NCBI GenBank assembly: GCA_043814605.1
Contig: JBDRJV010000037.1
Span: forward strand, 163,902-227,901
Length of the DNA: 64,000 bases
From: Candidatus Omnitrophota bacterium
GTDB lineage: Bacteria > Omnitrophota > Gorgyraeia > B26-G9
Reading direction: 5' to 3'
Shown here: positions 37,387 to 47,967 of the stretch, one piece after another
How positions within the stretch are numbered: the stretch's first letter is position 1
Layout: every line of letters starts with the position of its first letter
Translations under genes and position numbers: made by a program
The notes under the pieces: model-generated
The model's database searches: none
Told to the model about the DNA's origin: nothing
Seen by the model: only the letters and a program-made list of their open reading frames with translations

Positions 37387-39312
37387 ATGGGAATTATCGC
37401 AGGAATTTTTTCTAAAGATAAGTTTTTTGATGACATTAAAAATGCTGTACAAAAAATGATGGAAGTTCAAAAATACCGAGATCAAACTAAACCAATTTTT
37501 GTTGCGGATGCAAATTACGCTATTAGTATGGCTAACCAACAGAATTATGTTTTTGAAAAACAGCCAGTGGATTTAAAATTAAATTTTGAATCAGAGAACA
37601 TAAAAAATACTTATGCTTTTGTGGATGGCGTTGTTTTGGATGTACCTAAACATAGAGCTTATTTTGTGCAAAAAGGTTATAAAATTAATCATAATTCTTG
37701 TTCAGCAATAGTTGCTTGTGCTTATCAGGAATGGGGTACGGATTTCATGAAATACTTAGAAGGTGAGTTTGCTTGTGTTGTTTTTGATTCAAAAGAAAAA
37801 AAAATTATTTTAGTCCGTGACCCTTACGGACATAAACCTTTGCATTATTATCATAATTCTCAAGGAATAATATTTTCATCAGAAATTAAAGGCATTTTAG
37901 CTTCGGGGATCAAACCAAAAATTGATATGTGTGCTTTAAGTGAATTTTTAAGCTTAAATTGTATTCCTTATCCGAGAACGATTTTTGAAAATATTGAGCA
38001 GGTTTGTCCAGGGAATATGGTTATTTTTTCTGATAATGGGTTGCAGGAAAAAAAATATTCAAATTTAGAGTTTAATATTAACACAACAATAGCTGAGTCA
38101 GAAGCTATTGATCTGGTTACTCAGGGAATTAAAGCTGCAGTACAAAAGCGCATTGTGGGCAATAATGTTTTTTGTTTTTTAAGCGGTGGTATTGATTCAA
38201 GCGCTTTGCTTTCTTTTGCTTCAGAATTAACTGCAAGTCCGGTTAATGCTATATCTATTGGCTTTGATGAGGCAGAAGTAAATGAGCTTGAATATGCAAA
38301 ACTTATGGCTAAGCATGTGGGAGCAAAGCATCAATATTTTATTGCGAAACCGGATTCTTTTTTTAATATGCTGAATGAATTAGTGTGGCATCATGACCAG
38401 CCGTTTACAGATACCTCGGCTTATCCGACATATTATGCGGCAAAGCTGGCACGAGGATTAACAGATGTTATTTTAACAGGAGATGGCCCGGATCAAACCA
38501 TGGGAGGCAGCGGACATCATGTTTTTGCTTTTAAAAATAATCTTTTTACAAGTCGGAATATTATTTTACAGTTAATATCCAGGTTTGGCTCAGCTATCAT
38601 CGGAATGCTGAGAAATCCGCAATCCAGGGATATCTTAAATAAGATAAGACGAAAAATGTATAGAGATTCTTTGTCCGGCGTAACCGCTGCGTATGATTTA
38701 AGGTCATTTTTCCCAGATATTATAAAAAAGCAGATTTGTTCAGAGGAGTTATGGCAGGCGCATTGTAAAAATAATCCGTATAATCATCCAGAAAAATGGT
38801 TTAAAAATGCCGGTAATGTTGATGCAATTAATAAATATTTATATGCGGATGTACAGTTTTATGTACCGGATGACTTGATGATTAAAGTTGACCGGATGTG
38901 TATGGCACACGGTTTAGAAACATTATCACCTTTTCAAGATGTTAAACTAGCCGAAATTGTTAATTCAATTCCGGGAAAATATAAAATTCACAAATCCGAT
39001 ACTGGCGAAATTACAACTAAATATATCCTGAAAGAAGTTTGCCAAAAACGATTTCCGGCAGAAATTTTAAATAAAAAGAAACAAGGATTTGGGATCCCTT
39101 TGGAAAAATGGTTAAGATCTAATAACGGCCAATATTTACGTGATATTTTATTTGATTCTAAATCACTTAACCGAGGATTTTTTAAAAAGAAATCAATCAT
39201 CAAATTTGTAAATGATTTTATTAATGAAAAAGGGGATTATTATTATCCGAGTTCCGGTGGAATCGTTGCATTATTAACCTTTGAATTATGGGCACAAAAA
39301 TATTATGATTAA
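37387..39312 (+). CDS. asparagine-synthase-family protein lacking N-terminal Cys
   Basis: RDPYGHKPL, SEIKG, LSGGIDSS, TGDGPDQ, KVDRMCMAHGLE, KQGF; starts MGIIAG. Confidence 0.85.
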   Translation: MGIIAGIFSKDKFFDDIKNAVQKMMEVQKYRDQTKPIFVADANYAISMANQQNYVFEKQPVDLKLNFESENIKNTYAFVDGVVLDVPKHRAYFVQKGYKINHNSCSAIVACAYQEWGTDFMKYLEGEFACVVFDSKEKKIILVRDPYGHKPLHYYHNSQGIIFSSEIKGILASGIKPKIDMCALSEFLSLNCIPYPRTIFENIEQVCPGNMVIFSDNGLQEKKYSNLEFNINTTIAESEAIDLVTQGIKAAVQKRIVGNNVFCFLSGGIDSSALLSFASELTASPVNAISIGFDEAEVNELEYAKLMAKHVGAKHQYFIAKPDSFFNMLNELVWHHDQPFTDTSAYPTYYAAKLARGLTDVILTGDGPDQTMGGSGHHVFAFKNNLFTSRNIILQLISRFGSAIIGMLRNPQSRDILNKIRRKMYRDSLSGVTAAYDLRSFFPDIIKKQICSEELWQAHCKNNPYNHPEKWFKNAGNVDAINKYLYADVQFYVPDDLMIKVDRMCMAHGLETLSPFQDVKLAEIVNSIPGKYKIHKSDTGEITTKYILKEVCQKRFPAEILNKKKQGFGIPLEKWLRSNNGQYLRDILFDSKSLNRGFFKKKSIIKFVNDFINEKGDYYYPSSGGIVALLTFELWAQKYYD

Positions 39313-40159
39313 AAAATTTGATATTTCGTTTATTATTTTGACATGGAATTCAGTAGAATTTATTAAAGAATGTGTGGAAAGCTATGTTGCATCTATAAAT
39401 AAAGAAAACCTCAGCGCAGAATTTTTGATTGTAGATAATGGTTCTTTAGATAATACATTGGAAATAATTAAAAATAAAATTTTACCAGTTTTGCCTGATT
39501 CTTGCAAACTTATTTTAATTGAGCTGGAAAAAAATTATGGAACTACATATTCTAGAAATGTGGGGCTTAAAAGGGCAGCAGGAAGTTTTATTGTAATTTG
39601 TGATTCTGATACATATTTTGCGCAAGGAAGTTGGCGTGATATTATAAATTATTTAGAAAAAAATTCTGAGGTAGGGATTTTAGCTCCATTACTTATGTAC
39701 AAAGATGAGACATTGCAGCGTTCGGTAAAAAGATTTCCGATTATAAAAGATAAACTGCTAAAATTAAAACAAATTTTTTTTGGAATTAATGCAAAAAGTT
39801 CAGATCAGTATCTTGAATTTCCCTGGAAATCCAGTCAGGAAGTAGATACGGCAATTTCTGCTTTTTGGATTTTCAAAAGAGAAGTATTAGAGGAAATAGG
39901 TTTGTTCGATGAAAAAATATTTTATGCCCCGGAAGATTTAGATTACTGCTTAAGAGTATGGAAGTCTGGGAAAAAAGTTGTTTTTTATCCAGATTTTAAA
40001 ATTGTGCATAATACACAGCAGATTTCACACAAAAAACCGTTTAGCTTAATTGCGCTTTCACATTTTTTAGGGTTAGGGTATTATTTTTTTAAACATAATT
40101 ATTTTTTATCGAGGAAGAAAGTATATGCAAAGATAAAAGATATTAAGGCAAAAAAATGA
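39305..40159 (+). CDS. glycosyltransferase family 2
   Basis: ILTWNS, VDNGS.D, DSD, EDLDYCLR. Confidence 0.88.
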   Translation: MIKKFDISFIILTWNSVEFIKECVESYVASINKENLSAEFLIVDNGSLDNTLEIIKNKILPVLPDSCKLILIELEKNYGTTYSRNVGLKRAAGSFIVICDSDTYFAQGSWRDIINYLEKNSEVGILAPLLMYKDETLQRSVKRFPIIKDKLLKLKQIFFGINAKSSDQYLEFPWKSSQEVDTAISAFWIFKREVLEEIGLFDEKIFYAPEDLDYCLRVWKSGKKVVFYPDFKIVHNTQQISHKKPFSLIALSHFLGLGYYFFKHNYFLSRKKVYAKIKDIKAKK

Positions 40160-41331
40160 AAATTAAAATCTGTCATTTTTTAAATCGGCTTGATGTAGGA
40201 GGTATGGAGAACGGGGTTATTAATATTTGCAATCGTATTGACAGAAAAAAATTTAAGCCTCATATTTGCTGCATAAAGGGAAAAGGAAATATGTCACTGC
40301 GGCTTAAGTCAGATGTAAATGTGCATACTTTTAATTTCCCAGAAGGCAAATCAATTTTTCGTCCATTAACAATGATAAATTTTTTTAAAAAAGAAAGATT
40401 TGATATCGTGCATACACATGCTTGGGGAGCCTGTTCCTTAGACGGAATAATCGGCGCTCGTTTTGCAGGAGTGCCTGTAGTAATAAACGGAGAACACGGT
40501 GTTTTTTTTCTAAAAAAATACCAGATTGCTTCACAAAGAATTTTAGCCAAGTTATGTGATAAAACATTATCAGTCTCTCTTTCTTTAAAAAAAGAAATAA
40601 AGTTAAACTTAGGCATCCCGGGAAATAAAATTTGTGTAATTGCTAATGGGGTAGATACCAATTATTTTAATGGTCAATATGATATTTCGGGTGTAAATGA
40701 ATATATTCTTAAAAGAAATATTAACTTAAATAATGATTCTTTTTTAATCGCTTGTGTAGGAAGCATTAAGCCAAGTAAAAATCAAAAGATTTTAATTGAT
40801 GCAATTATTAAATTAAAAAATAAAAACTTAATTGTTTTATTTGTCGGAGATGGTCCGGACAGAAAGATACTTGAAAGCTATATTGACCAGAATAAATTAA
40901 ACGAAAATATTATTTTTTTGGGGCAAAGAGATGATGTGCATAAAATTTATTCTTTTGCTGATTTGCTGGTTTCAAGTTCCATTGGTTCACATGAAGGATT
41001 GTCTAATGTTATGTTAGAAGCAATGGCATCCGGCATTCCGGTTATTTCTACGGAATCTATAGGAGCTCGGGAACTGGTTAGAGAAGGGGAAACCGGGTTT
41101 TTAATTAAATCAGAAGATGTTGGTAGTTTAGCGGAAAAAATTGAAAGATTTTATTCTGATCGTGGCTTATTGAAAAAAATGGGTGATAGTGCGCAAAAAT
41201 TTATTAAAGAAAATTTTTCTATAGACAGAATGATTTCTGAATATGAAAAACTTTATTTGGATTTATATAACAAAAAAATGAATACAGGCCGCAAGCCGCA
41301 AGCTACAGGCTGCAAAGAACAAGGGGAATAA
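40156..41331 (+). CDS. glycosyltransferase family 4
   Basis: [32 protein letters not shown]; last ~15 codons are heptamer-repeat sequence. Confidence 0.9.
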   Translation: MKIKICHFLNRLDVGGMENGVINICNRIDRKKFKPHICCIKGKGNMSLRLKSDVNVHTFNFPEGKSIFRPLTMINFFKKERFDIVHTHAWGACSLDGIIGARFAGVPVVINGEHGVFFLKKYQIASQRILAKLCDKTLSVSLSLKKEIKLNLGIPGNKICVIANGVDTNYFNGQYDISGVNEYILKRNINLNNDSFLIACVGSIKPSKNQKILIDAIIKLKNKNLIVLFVGDGPDRKILESYIDQNKLNENIIFLGQRDDVHKIYSFADLLVSSSIGSHEGLSNVMLEAMASGIPVISTESIGARELVREGETGFLIKSEDVGSLAEKIERFYSDRGLLKKMGDSAQKFIKENFSIDRMISEYEKLYLDLYNKKMNTGRKPQATGCKEQGE

Positions 41332-41347
41332 GGTCGGGTTACGAATA

Positions 41348-41719
41348 ATGAAGAGTTATAAAGATTTGGAAATTTATAAATTATCCCATGATTTAGCAGT
41401 AAAGCTACATGAGATGACGCTGCAAAATTTACCTAAATTTGAGATATATGAACAAGGGAGTCAAATTAGAAAGTCATCTAAATCAATAGTTGCTACTATT
41501 GTTGAAGGTTTTGGGAGAAAATCATATCAACAGTAATTCATACGTTATTTGACCTATGCGTTAGCTTCCTGTGATGAAACAAAAGAGCATTTAGAATTAT
41601 TATTTGATACAAAATCTTTAAAAGATGAAATTAAATATAAAAATTGGATGCAGGAGTTGGAGAAGCTAGGCAGAAAACTATATAATTTTCGTAAAACAGT
41701 AGTTAAAGATCTAAAATAA
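41348..41719 (+). pseudogene. four-helix-bundle gene with a single in-frame TAA (41534-41536)
   Basis: [54 protein letters not shown]..; frame continues to TAA at 41717-41719. Confidence 0.85.
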
Positions 41720-41721
41720 TC

Positions 41722-41826
41722 TTGTATTCTGTAGCTTGCAGCTTGTAACTTGTAGCATTAGCAGTGTTTATCCAAAGATTTTTTTTGCTGCTAATTGGTA
41801 ATTTGTAACTCGTAACTTATAACTTT
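41722..41826 (+). repeat. heptamer right arms (CTTGCAG family, then CTCGTAA family)
   Basis: ttgtatt ctgtagc ttgcagc ttgtaac ttgtagc; taattgg taatttg taactcg taactta taact. Confidence 0.8.
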
Positions 41827-41837
41827 TTTGAGGAATT

Positions 41838-43049
41838 ATGGCTTTTTTTTTATTATGTTTAACAGTATTTATTATGTTTTTTCAGCCCACATATATTTTC
41901 CCGTGGTCAGAACAATACCAGCCTTTAAGGATCTGCGCAATTGCTGCACTGTTTTTTTATTTTTTCTCTGATAAGAAAAGTAATGCCAATTTTTTTTCCT
42001 ACAAAATTAATTTATATTTTGTGTTATTTATTTTTTGGCAAACTTTAAGTTCTTTTACGATTTGGTCTCAGGCAGGCCTGGATACTTTAAACTTATGGCT
42101 TAAACTGGGAATTGTTTATTATTTAATTTTTAAAAGTGTTACGAATGAAAAAAAACTGATTACCATAATTTTTACCATTATATTAGCTTTGGGGTATCTT
42201 TGCTATTATGCTATAACAAATTTTATTATTAATTATACGCCAGGAATAAGGGCGAGTGGATTCGGCTGGTATGAAAATGCCAATGATTTATCTTTAATTT
42301 TTGTGGCAGTTATCCCGTTAAGTTTTTTAGTTATCAATCTTACTAATAAATTATTTATCAAATTATTCTATCTCTTCTGCAGTGCAAGTTTTGCTTTTAC
42401 GGTTTTATTTACAGGCTCACGTAATGGTTTATTAGGAGTAGCGGTAGTAGGATTTTTTAGCACAATTTTTGCTAAAAAACTACCAAAAGTGATTCGCGGT
42501 TCGGTTCTAGTAATTCTTGTTTTAGCGATTAGCAGTATTGGAGTTGCGTCGGTATTAAGTCGTAGTAATATCACTGGCCTCAGAGGCGATGATTCATCTG
42601 AAGATCGAATAATCCAATGGAAAGCAGGCATGAGAATGATTGCTGTCCGTCCGTTATTTGGAGTGGGACGAGATGAATTTGGTTCATATGCAGAAGAATA
42701 CGGCGGGATTAGAGGTATGCAGCCGCATAATACTCTAATCCAGGTTTTTGCGGAAAGTGGTATTCCTGCGGGAATTTTCTTTTCCTTATTTTCCTTGCTG
42801 CCGCTTTGGATAATGTGTAAGGATTTTAAATATGAAAATAGCTTTTCGCATGAAAAGGCAAAAAATATTACAGCTTATAAGTATTTATGGGTTTCTTTAT
42901 TAGGATTTTGGGCGTGTGCGTTTTTTGGGAACCGTTATCACGCATATATTTTATTTGTGGTTATCGCGTTAATTGTTACAGTCAAAGCAAATATGATTGG
43001 ATTTGAGGATAATTCTCAAAAGCAAAAGGAAATACTCCATGGCGTTTAA
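41838..43049 (+). CDS. O-antigen ligase/Wzy-like polymerase
   Basis: Multi-TM; NANDL, TGSRNG, PLFGVG, PHNTLIQVFAESG. Confidence 0.85.
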   Translation: MAFFLLCLTVFIMFFQPTYIFPWSEQYQPLRICAIAALFFYFFSDKKSNANFFSYKINLYFVLFIFWQTLSSFTIWSQAGLDTLNLWLKLGIVYYLIFKSVTNEKKLITIIFTIILALGYLCYYAITNFIINYTPGIRASGFGWYENANDLSLIFVAVIPLSFLVINLTNKLFIKLFYLFCSASFAFTVLFTGSRNGLLGVAVVGFFSTIFAKKLPKVIRGSVLVILVLAISSIGVASVLSRSNITGLRGDDSSEDRIIQWKAGMRMIAVRPLFGVGRDEFGSYAEEYGGIRGMQPHNTLIQVFAESGIPAGIFFSLFSLLPLWIMCKDFKYENSFSHEKAKNITAYKYLWVSLLGFWACAFFGNRYHAYILFVVIALIVTVKANMIGFEDNSQKQKEILHGV

Positions 43050-44544
43050 AGAAGTAGCAAAACAATCTTCCAAATATTTTATCGGAGAAATTTTAGTTAT
43101 GTTTTCAAGCTTAATTTCTTTTCCGATTTTAACCCGTATATTACCCCAAAATGAATATGGGATTATGAGTTTAATCGCGGTAACCTGCGGCATATTTGGC
43201 CCAATTTCAGCCTTAGGCACACATTTTTCCATGCTGAGATTTTATCATAATTATAAAAATAATAACGCATTAAAAGATTTTTTCAAAAAAATGCTTACCG
43301 TGATTTTGGTCAGTGGTTTTTTTGCTGTTTGTATTTTAATGTTTTTTGTAATTTTTTTTAAAACGGAGAGGTTCTTAAGCATTGAATATAGAAGTACTTT
43401 ATTAATTGCTCTGATATTAATGGTTACGCAGAATGTTTTTTGGTTGCTGCATTCGTCATATCGATTAGAAGAAAAAGTTTTTTTATATAATTTCTTAAAT
43501 GTACTCAGAAGATATGCAGCGTTAATTGTAAGTATTCTGCTGGTTTTAGTTTTTAAAAATTTGTTCACGTTTTATCTTGGCCAATTAATTGTTCATTTAG
43601 TTTTAATCTCACTATTGATTGCAGTTGTTTTTAAAGGGTTTTCTTATTCCAATCATAAAATTGAATTTAAAGCTTTCTTACCGCAAACTTTTAAATACGG
43701 CTTTCCTTTAGCAATTACCGGAATAGTCACATTTTTTTTTAGTGCCGGAGACAGGTATATAATCGCCTATTTTTTAGGTGCAAAAAGTGTTGCTGTATAT
43801 AGTGTCGCAGGAAATTTAGGCGGTTATTTAAAGGAATCATTGATTACCGCGATTAATTTATCTTTAATGCCGATTGCTTTTAAGCTTTGGGAAGAACAAA
43901 GGATAGAACAGGTACGTAAAATATTTACTTCGATGGTTAGATATTACTATCTTTTGGCTGCGGCAATAGTAGCTTTGTTTTTTCTTGTTTCCCAGGAATT
44001 ATTAGTAATCATCGCTTCGGAAAAATATGCGCAATCCGCTAGTGTGGCTCCTTTACTGATGTGCGGGATAATGGCAAGTAGTTTTATTTTTCCATTTTCT
44101 GCAGGATTGCATTTTGAGAAAAAAACTTTAAAAATATTTCTGCTGACAATTGTTTTTACCTTAATTAATGTAATTTTAAATATTATTTGGATTCCGGAGC
44201 ATGGAATTAAAGGCGCGGCTTTTGCAACAATGGTATCTTCGTTTTTCTTTATTTTCTCAAATCAACTTTTTTCCCATAAATATTTTTCTTTTAAAATTCC
44301 GTTTTCTGCAGTTTTAAAATATACAGTTATTTGCTTCGGTGCTTATTTTATTACAAATCAGGTTTGGATATCCAGCGGATTAAAGGCAAAAATTTTCCTA
44401 AGTTTATGTTTTAAGGTATTGTTTTTTTTGGGTTTTTATATTTTATTAATCATGATTTTTGATCAGGAAATTAGGAAAAAAGTTTGGGGATGGAGAAGTA
44501 AATTAAGTATAAAGGCAATGATTTTAAATGAAAAAAAAGATTAA
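43039..44544 (+). CDS. Wzx flippase
   Basis: FPILTRIL...EYG, DRYIIAYFLG...VAVYS, GIKGAAFAT; 12-14 TMs. Confidence 0.85.
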   Translation: MAFKEVAKQSSKYFIGEILVMFSSLISFPILTRILPQNEYGIMSLIAVTCGIFGPISALGTHFSMLRFYHNYKNNNALKDFFKKMLTVILVSGFFAVCILMFFVIFFKTERFLSIEYRSTLLIALILMVTQNVFWLLHSSYRLEEKVFLYNFLNVLRRYAALIVSILLVLVFKNLFTFYLGQLIVHLVLISLLIAVVFKGFSYSNHKIEFKAFLPQTFKYGFPLAITGIVTFFFSAGDRYIIAYFLGAKSVAVYSVAGNLGGYLKESLITAINLSLMPIAFKLWEEQRIEQVRKIFTSMVRYYYLLAAAIVALFFLVSQELLVIIASEKYAQSASVAPLLMCGIMASSFIFPFSAGLHFEKKTLKIFLLTIVFTLINVILNIIWIPEHGIKGAAFATMVSSFFFIFSNQLFSHKYFSFKIPFSAVLKYTVICFGAYFITNQVWISSGLKAKIFLSLCFKVLFFLGFYILLIMIFDQEIRKKVWGWRSKLSIKAMILNEKKD

Positions 44545-45715
44545 AAATATATTATTAATCACAAAGTTTTTCCCGCCGAAAATTGGCGGCGTACCGGTGC
44601 ACTTTTACAATTTAATTTTGAATGCGCCTGAATTTAATTTTTGTGTTCTTACACAGAAGGAATCCGGATCTAGAGATATTGATGTTTTGCTTAAGAAAAA
44701 ATCAAATAAAGTAATCCGCACTGTTTTTTTTCCTCAAGATTTAGGGCTTAATTTTAGTGCGGATTGGTTTATAAAATTTTTAGCTTTTCCGTTTTTATTT
44801 ATAAGGGTTTTATTGCGGGAAAAAATTGACTTGATTTTTGTTGGACAAGCCACGCTTTTTCTGCTGTTTCCTGTATATATTGCTAGAATTTTGTTCAGAA
44901 AAAAATTTATTTTATTCCTAGCTGGGGAGGAGATTCCAAGCAGGAAAGGAAAAATAAATAATGTGCTTAAATTTTTATATCAAAGAGCTCAAATGTATCT
45001 TTGTATTTCCAGATTTACTTTAAAACGTTTGAATAATTTTTTAGATAGAGAGCAGAAAGATTTTTTACTTTTACCTCCCGGAGTAGAAGATAAATTTTTT
45101 GAAGAGCCAAACCCTGAAATTATGGCTAAAATAAAAAAGCAACTGTTGATGGGATCAAAAAAGGTGCTGTTTACTTCAGGGCGATTAGATAAACGTAAAG
45201 GACATGATTATGTAATCCGGGCGTTACCTGAAATTATAAAAAAATTCCCGGAAATTATTTATATAATTGGTGGAACGGGAGAATATTTGGACTCTCTGAT
45301 TAACTTAGTAAAAGATTTAGAACTTAATGATTATGTTAAATTTATTGGGCAAATAGATTCAGAGCAGTTAGTTGAATATTATGCAATCGCGGATATTTTT
45401 ATCATGCCTAACCGCATTTTAGCTAGCGGCGATGCCGAAGGTTTTGGCATTGTATTCTTAGAGGCAAATGCAGTAGGAAAACCAGTTATCGGAGGGAATA
45501 ATGCAGGAGCTTTGGATTCGGTAGTTAACGGAGAAACAGGTTTGCATGTGGATGCTGAGAATATTTCTGATATTGCTAATAGTGTTTGCAAATTATTAGA
45601 ATCTCCGACGTTAGCCCAAGAACTGGGTTTAAAAGGAAGGAAAAGGGCTTGGGAGCAGTTTCGTTGGCAGGGAATCGGCCAAAAATTTTCTCAAATATTG
45701 AGAGAATTAAGATAG
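44528..45715 (+). CDS. glycosyltransferase family 4
   Basis: FPPKIGG, GRLDKRKG, EGFGIVFLEA. Confidence 0.9.
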   Translation: MKKKIKNILLITKFFPPKIGGVPVHFYNLILNAPEFNFCVLTQKESGSRDIDVLLKKKSNKVIRTVFFPQDLGLNFSADWFIKFLAFPFLFIRVLLREKIDLIFVGQATLFLLFPVYIARILFRKKFILFLAGEEIPSRKGKINNVLKFLYQRAQMYLCISRFTLKRLNNFLDREQKDFLLLPPGVEDKFFEEPNPEIMAKIKKQLLMGSKKVLFTSGRLDKRKGHDYVIRALPEIIKKFPEIIYIIGGTGEYLDSLINLVKDLELNDYVKFIGQIDSEQLVEYYAIADIFIMPNRILASGDAEGFGIVFLEANAVGKPVIGGNNAGALDSVVNGETGLHVDAENISDIANSVCKLLESPTLAQELGLKGRKRAWEQFRWQGIGQKFSQILRELR

Positions 45716-45721
45716 GATATT

Positions 45722-46753
45722 ATGAAATATTTAACAAAACATTTTAATCATGAACAAGATAAAAATTTGCTAATTAATTTATGGTTTAAATATTTAGTAA
45801 ATCCATCATTAGAAAGATATGCTTTTCTTTATGAAAATAATGATGTTTCTATTATTCAGACTGCGTTGCTTTTTTTAGGGAAAGAAAATGAAATACTAGG
45901 GTGTGCTTCTATCTTATTATATAAAGCAGTTTCAAATAGTAATAATTTAGTGCTGGGAATTAATGTGGATATGATTGTGGAACGAAAACACCGGACTCTC
46001 GGCCCGGCTATTCTATTGCTAAAAGAATTAGTAGCTATGGCAAAAAAATACGGTTCAAATGCATTAATCGCAATACCTAACCAAGCTTCTTTACCTGTGT
46101 TTAAACGTATTGGATATAAGTGTGCGGGTAATATTAGTCGCTATGTAAAAATTATAAACATCGAAAAAAAACTAAAAAGTAAACTTAAAAATAAAGTAAT
46201 TATAAATTTTGCGAGTCAGGTGATCAATTTTTTTATGAAATGGATTTCAAGAGAAATACTTTATCAAATATTTGATTTGTTAGATAACAAGAGATGTACT
46301 CTTTGTTTTGAAGAAAGATTTCCTGAGGGGATTAGGTCAAAAAAAAATGGCGAAATATTTAGTTCAGAAAAATATTTAAAATGGCGTTATCGAGTGGGGG
46401 GGGATAAAGGTTATAAAAAATGTTTTTTTTATTACAATAATATCTTGCAGGGAGGTTTAATCTACCGGCTTAATAAGGATGAGATTTTTATTGAAAAAAT
46501 TTGCATGTTTTCAGATCAAAATTTCGATAGGTTATTATTCCATTTTATAAAAAAAATGAGGTTGGATAAAAAAATTTCTAGCATTAATGTAACTTATTTT
46601 GGTAAAGAAAAAAATAAGCAAATTTTTCGTAATTTTGGTTTTTTAAAAAGAGAAGAAAAAGCAATCATGTTTATACCGTTTTCTGAAAAAGCAGCGGGGA
46701 TTTTATCTTTAGAAGAGCAATGGGATATTTATGAAAGTGATTTAGACTTGTAA
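45722..46753 (+). CDS. putative GNAT-fold acyltransferase
   Basis: DMIVERKHRTLG acyl-CoA-binding-like motif, PNQAS, YLKWRY. Confidence 0.55.
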   Translation: MKYLTKHFNHEQDKNLLINLWFKYLVNPSLERYAFLYENNDVSIIQTALLFLGKENEILGCASILLYKAVSNSNNLVLGINVDMIVERKHRTLGPAILLLKELVAMAKKYGSNALIAIPNQASLPVFKRIGYKCAGNISRYVKIINIEKKLKSKLKNKVIINFASQVINFFMKWISREILYQIFDLLDNKRCTLCFEERFPEGIRSKKNGEIFSSEKYLKWRYRVGGDKGYKKCFFYYNNILQGGLIYRLNKDEIFIEKICMFSDQNFDRLLFHFIKKMRLDKKISSINVTYFGKEKNKQIFRNFGFLKREEKAIMFIPFSEKAAGILSLEEQWDIYESDLDL

Positions 46754-46772
46754 ATTAAATTTGGTTAGTAAA

Positions 46773-47888
46773 ATGCAAAATTATAAATTTAATAATAAGA
46801 AAATCGGGTTTTTAGGAGATACCCGGACAATCCAGTATGAGAGTTTTGTTCATTTGTGTAAAAATGCGCAAGTAGAGGTAATTCCTTTCCAGGAATCCTA
46901 TGCGAACAATCCGCAGCTTTTGCCCAGATCAAAAATTTTACGTTTAATTACTAGCATTAAGTGTCTAATAACAGGGATCACGGATAAAAAGTACAAAATG
47001 GCTTTACGAGACTATTTTAAAAAAAATGATATTAAATGTATTATTGCTTATTGGGGAACGGTTCCTTTTCGGGATATCATCAGTATTAAAAAAATTAACC
47101 CGGATGTAAAAATTATTTTACATGTTTTATGCCATCCTTTGGGGCTTACCCGGATGAAAGTTTTTTTGCAGAATTTATATTTTCGTTACGGAAGCAAATA
47201 TTTAGATGGAATCATCTATACCAGTAATATTATGAAAAATTATTTTCAAGATAAAGTTTTAAAAAAAAATATTCCAAGTATAATTTCATTTCCTTTATTG
47301 AGCAAGTACTTTTTACCGCAAAAAAGAAAAGATAAGGTTTTTGATCATACACCTAATCTGCTTTTTCTCGGAAGAATGGATTGGTGGGCTGGGCAACCGA
47401 CAGACAATGTACTTGAGCCTCTGGAAAATCTAATTAAGGCCGGCATTCATATTTATCATAGTGATAAAACCGGGGACCTGCCTGTTTCATCATTCCGGCA
47501 TGTTTTTAAGCCTATAATAAAGCTTAAAGAGGTAATAGAGTTTGCCACACAATTTGATGCATCACTAATTATCTATAATCTTAAAAAATGCAAGGTGCAG
47601 GATAGATTTAAACTCACTATCCCGGATCGCTTAATTACTGCGGTTACCGCCGGAATTCCAGTGGCAATTCCTCGGGATGGATATGATGCCTGTAAAGAAT
47701 TTTTAAAACCGTATCAGGCGGTAATTGAATTTACATCATTTACTGATTTAAAAGAAAAATTAGAGGCAAAAGAAAGTTTAACTATGTTGGCAAATCTGGC
47801 ACAAGAAAATAGTAGATTATTTACAGCTGAATCTCAGATTGATAATTTATTTGCTTTTATTTATCCCATTATTTACAAAGATGGATGA
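46773..47888 (+). CDS. hypothetical protein, probable GT-B glycosyltransferase
   Basis: LLFLGR, PDRL...AGIPV resemble the GT4 C-terminal domain. Confidence 0.5.
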   Translation: MQNYKFNNKKIGFLGDTRTIQYESFVHLCKNAQVEVIPFQESYANNPQLLPRSKILRLITSIKCLITGITDKKYKMALRDYFKKNDIKCIIAYWGTVPFRDIISIKKINPDVKIILHVLCHPLGLTRMKVFLQNLYFRYGSKYLDGIIYTSNIMKNYFQDKVLKKNIPSIISFPLLSKYFLPQKRKDKVFDHTPNLLFLGRMDWWAGQPTDNVLEPLENLIKAGIHIYHSDKTGDLPVSSFRHVFKPIIKLKEVIEFATQFDASLIIYNLKKCKVQDRFKLTIPDRLITAVTAGIPVAIPRDGYDACKEFLKPYQAVIEFTSFTDLKEKLEAKESLTMLANLAQENSRLFTAESQIDNLFAFIYPIIYKDG

Positions 47889-47967
47889 GTTAAAAATAGA
47901 AATAAATAGGCAAGATGAATCAGATAAAAGTTAAATTAGTGTGAGGCTGGAATTTAGGGCGGATTTT

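Noticed and set aside
31512-41536. TAA reassignment or alternative genetic code
   Set aside because: TAA terminates many intact conserved genes here (e.g. rfbB, nadE, asnB); only two accessory genes have internal TAA
18001-41719. Diversity-generating retroelement (four-helix proteins resemble Avd)
   Set aside because: No reverse transcriptase in the window; differences between paralogues are not adenine-specific
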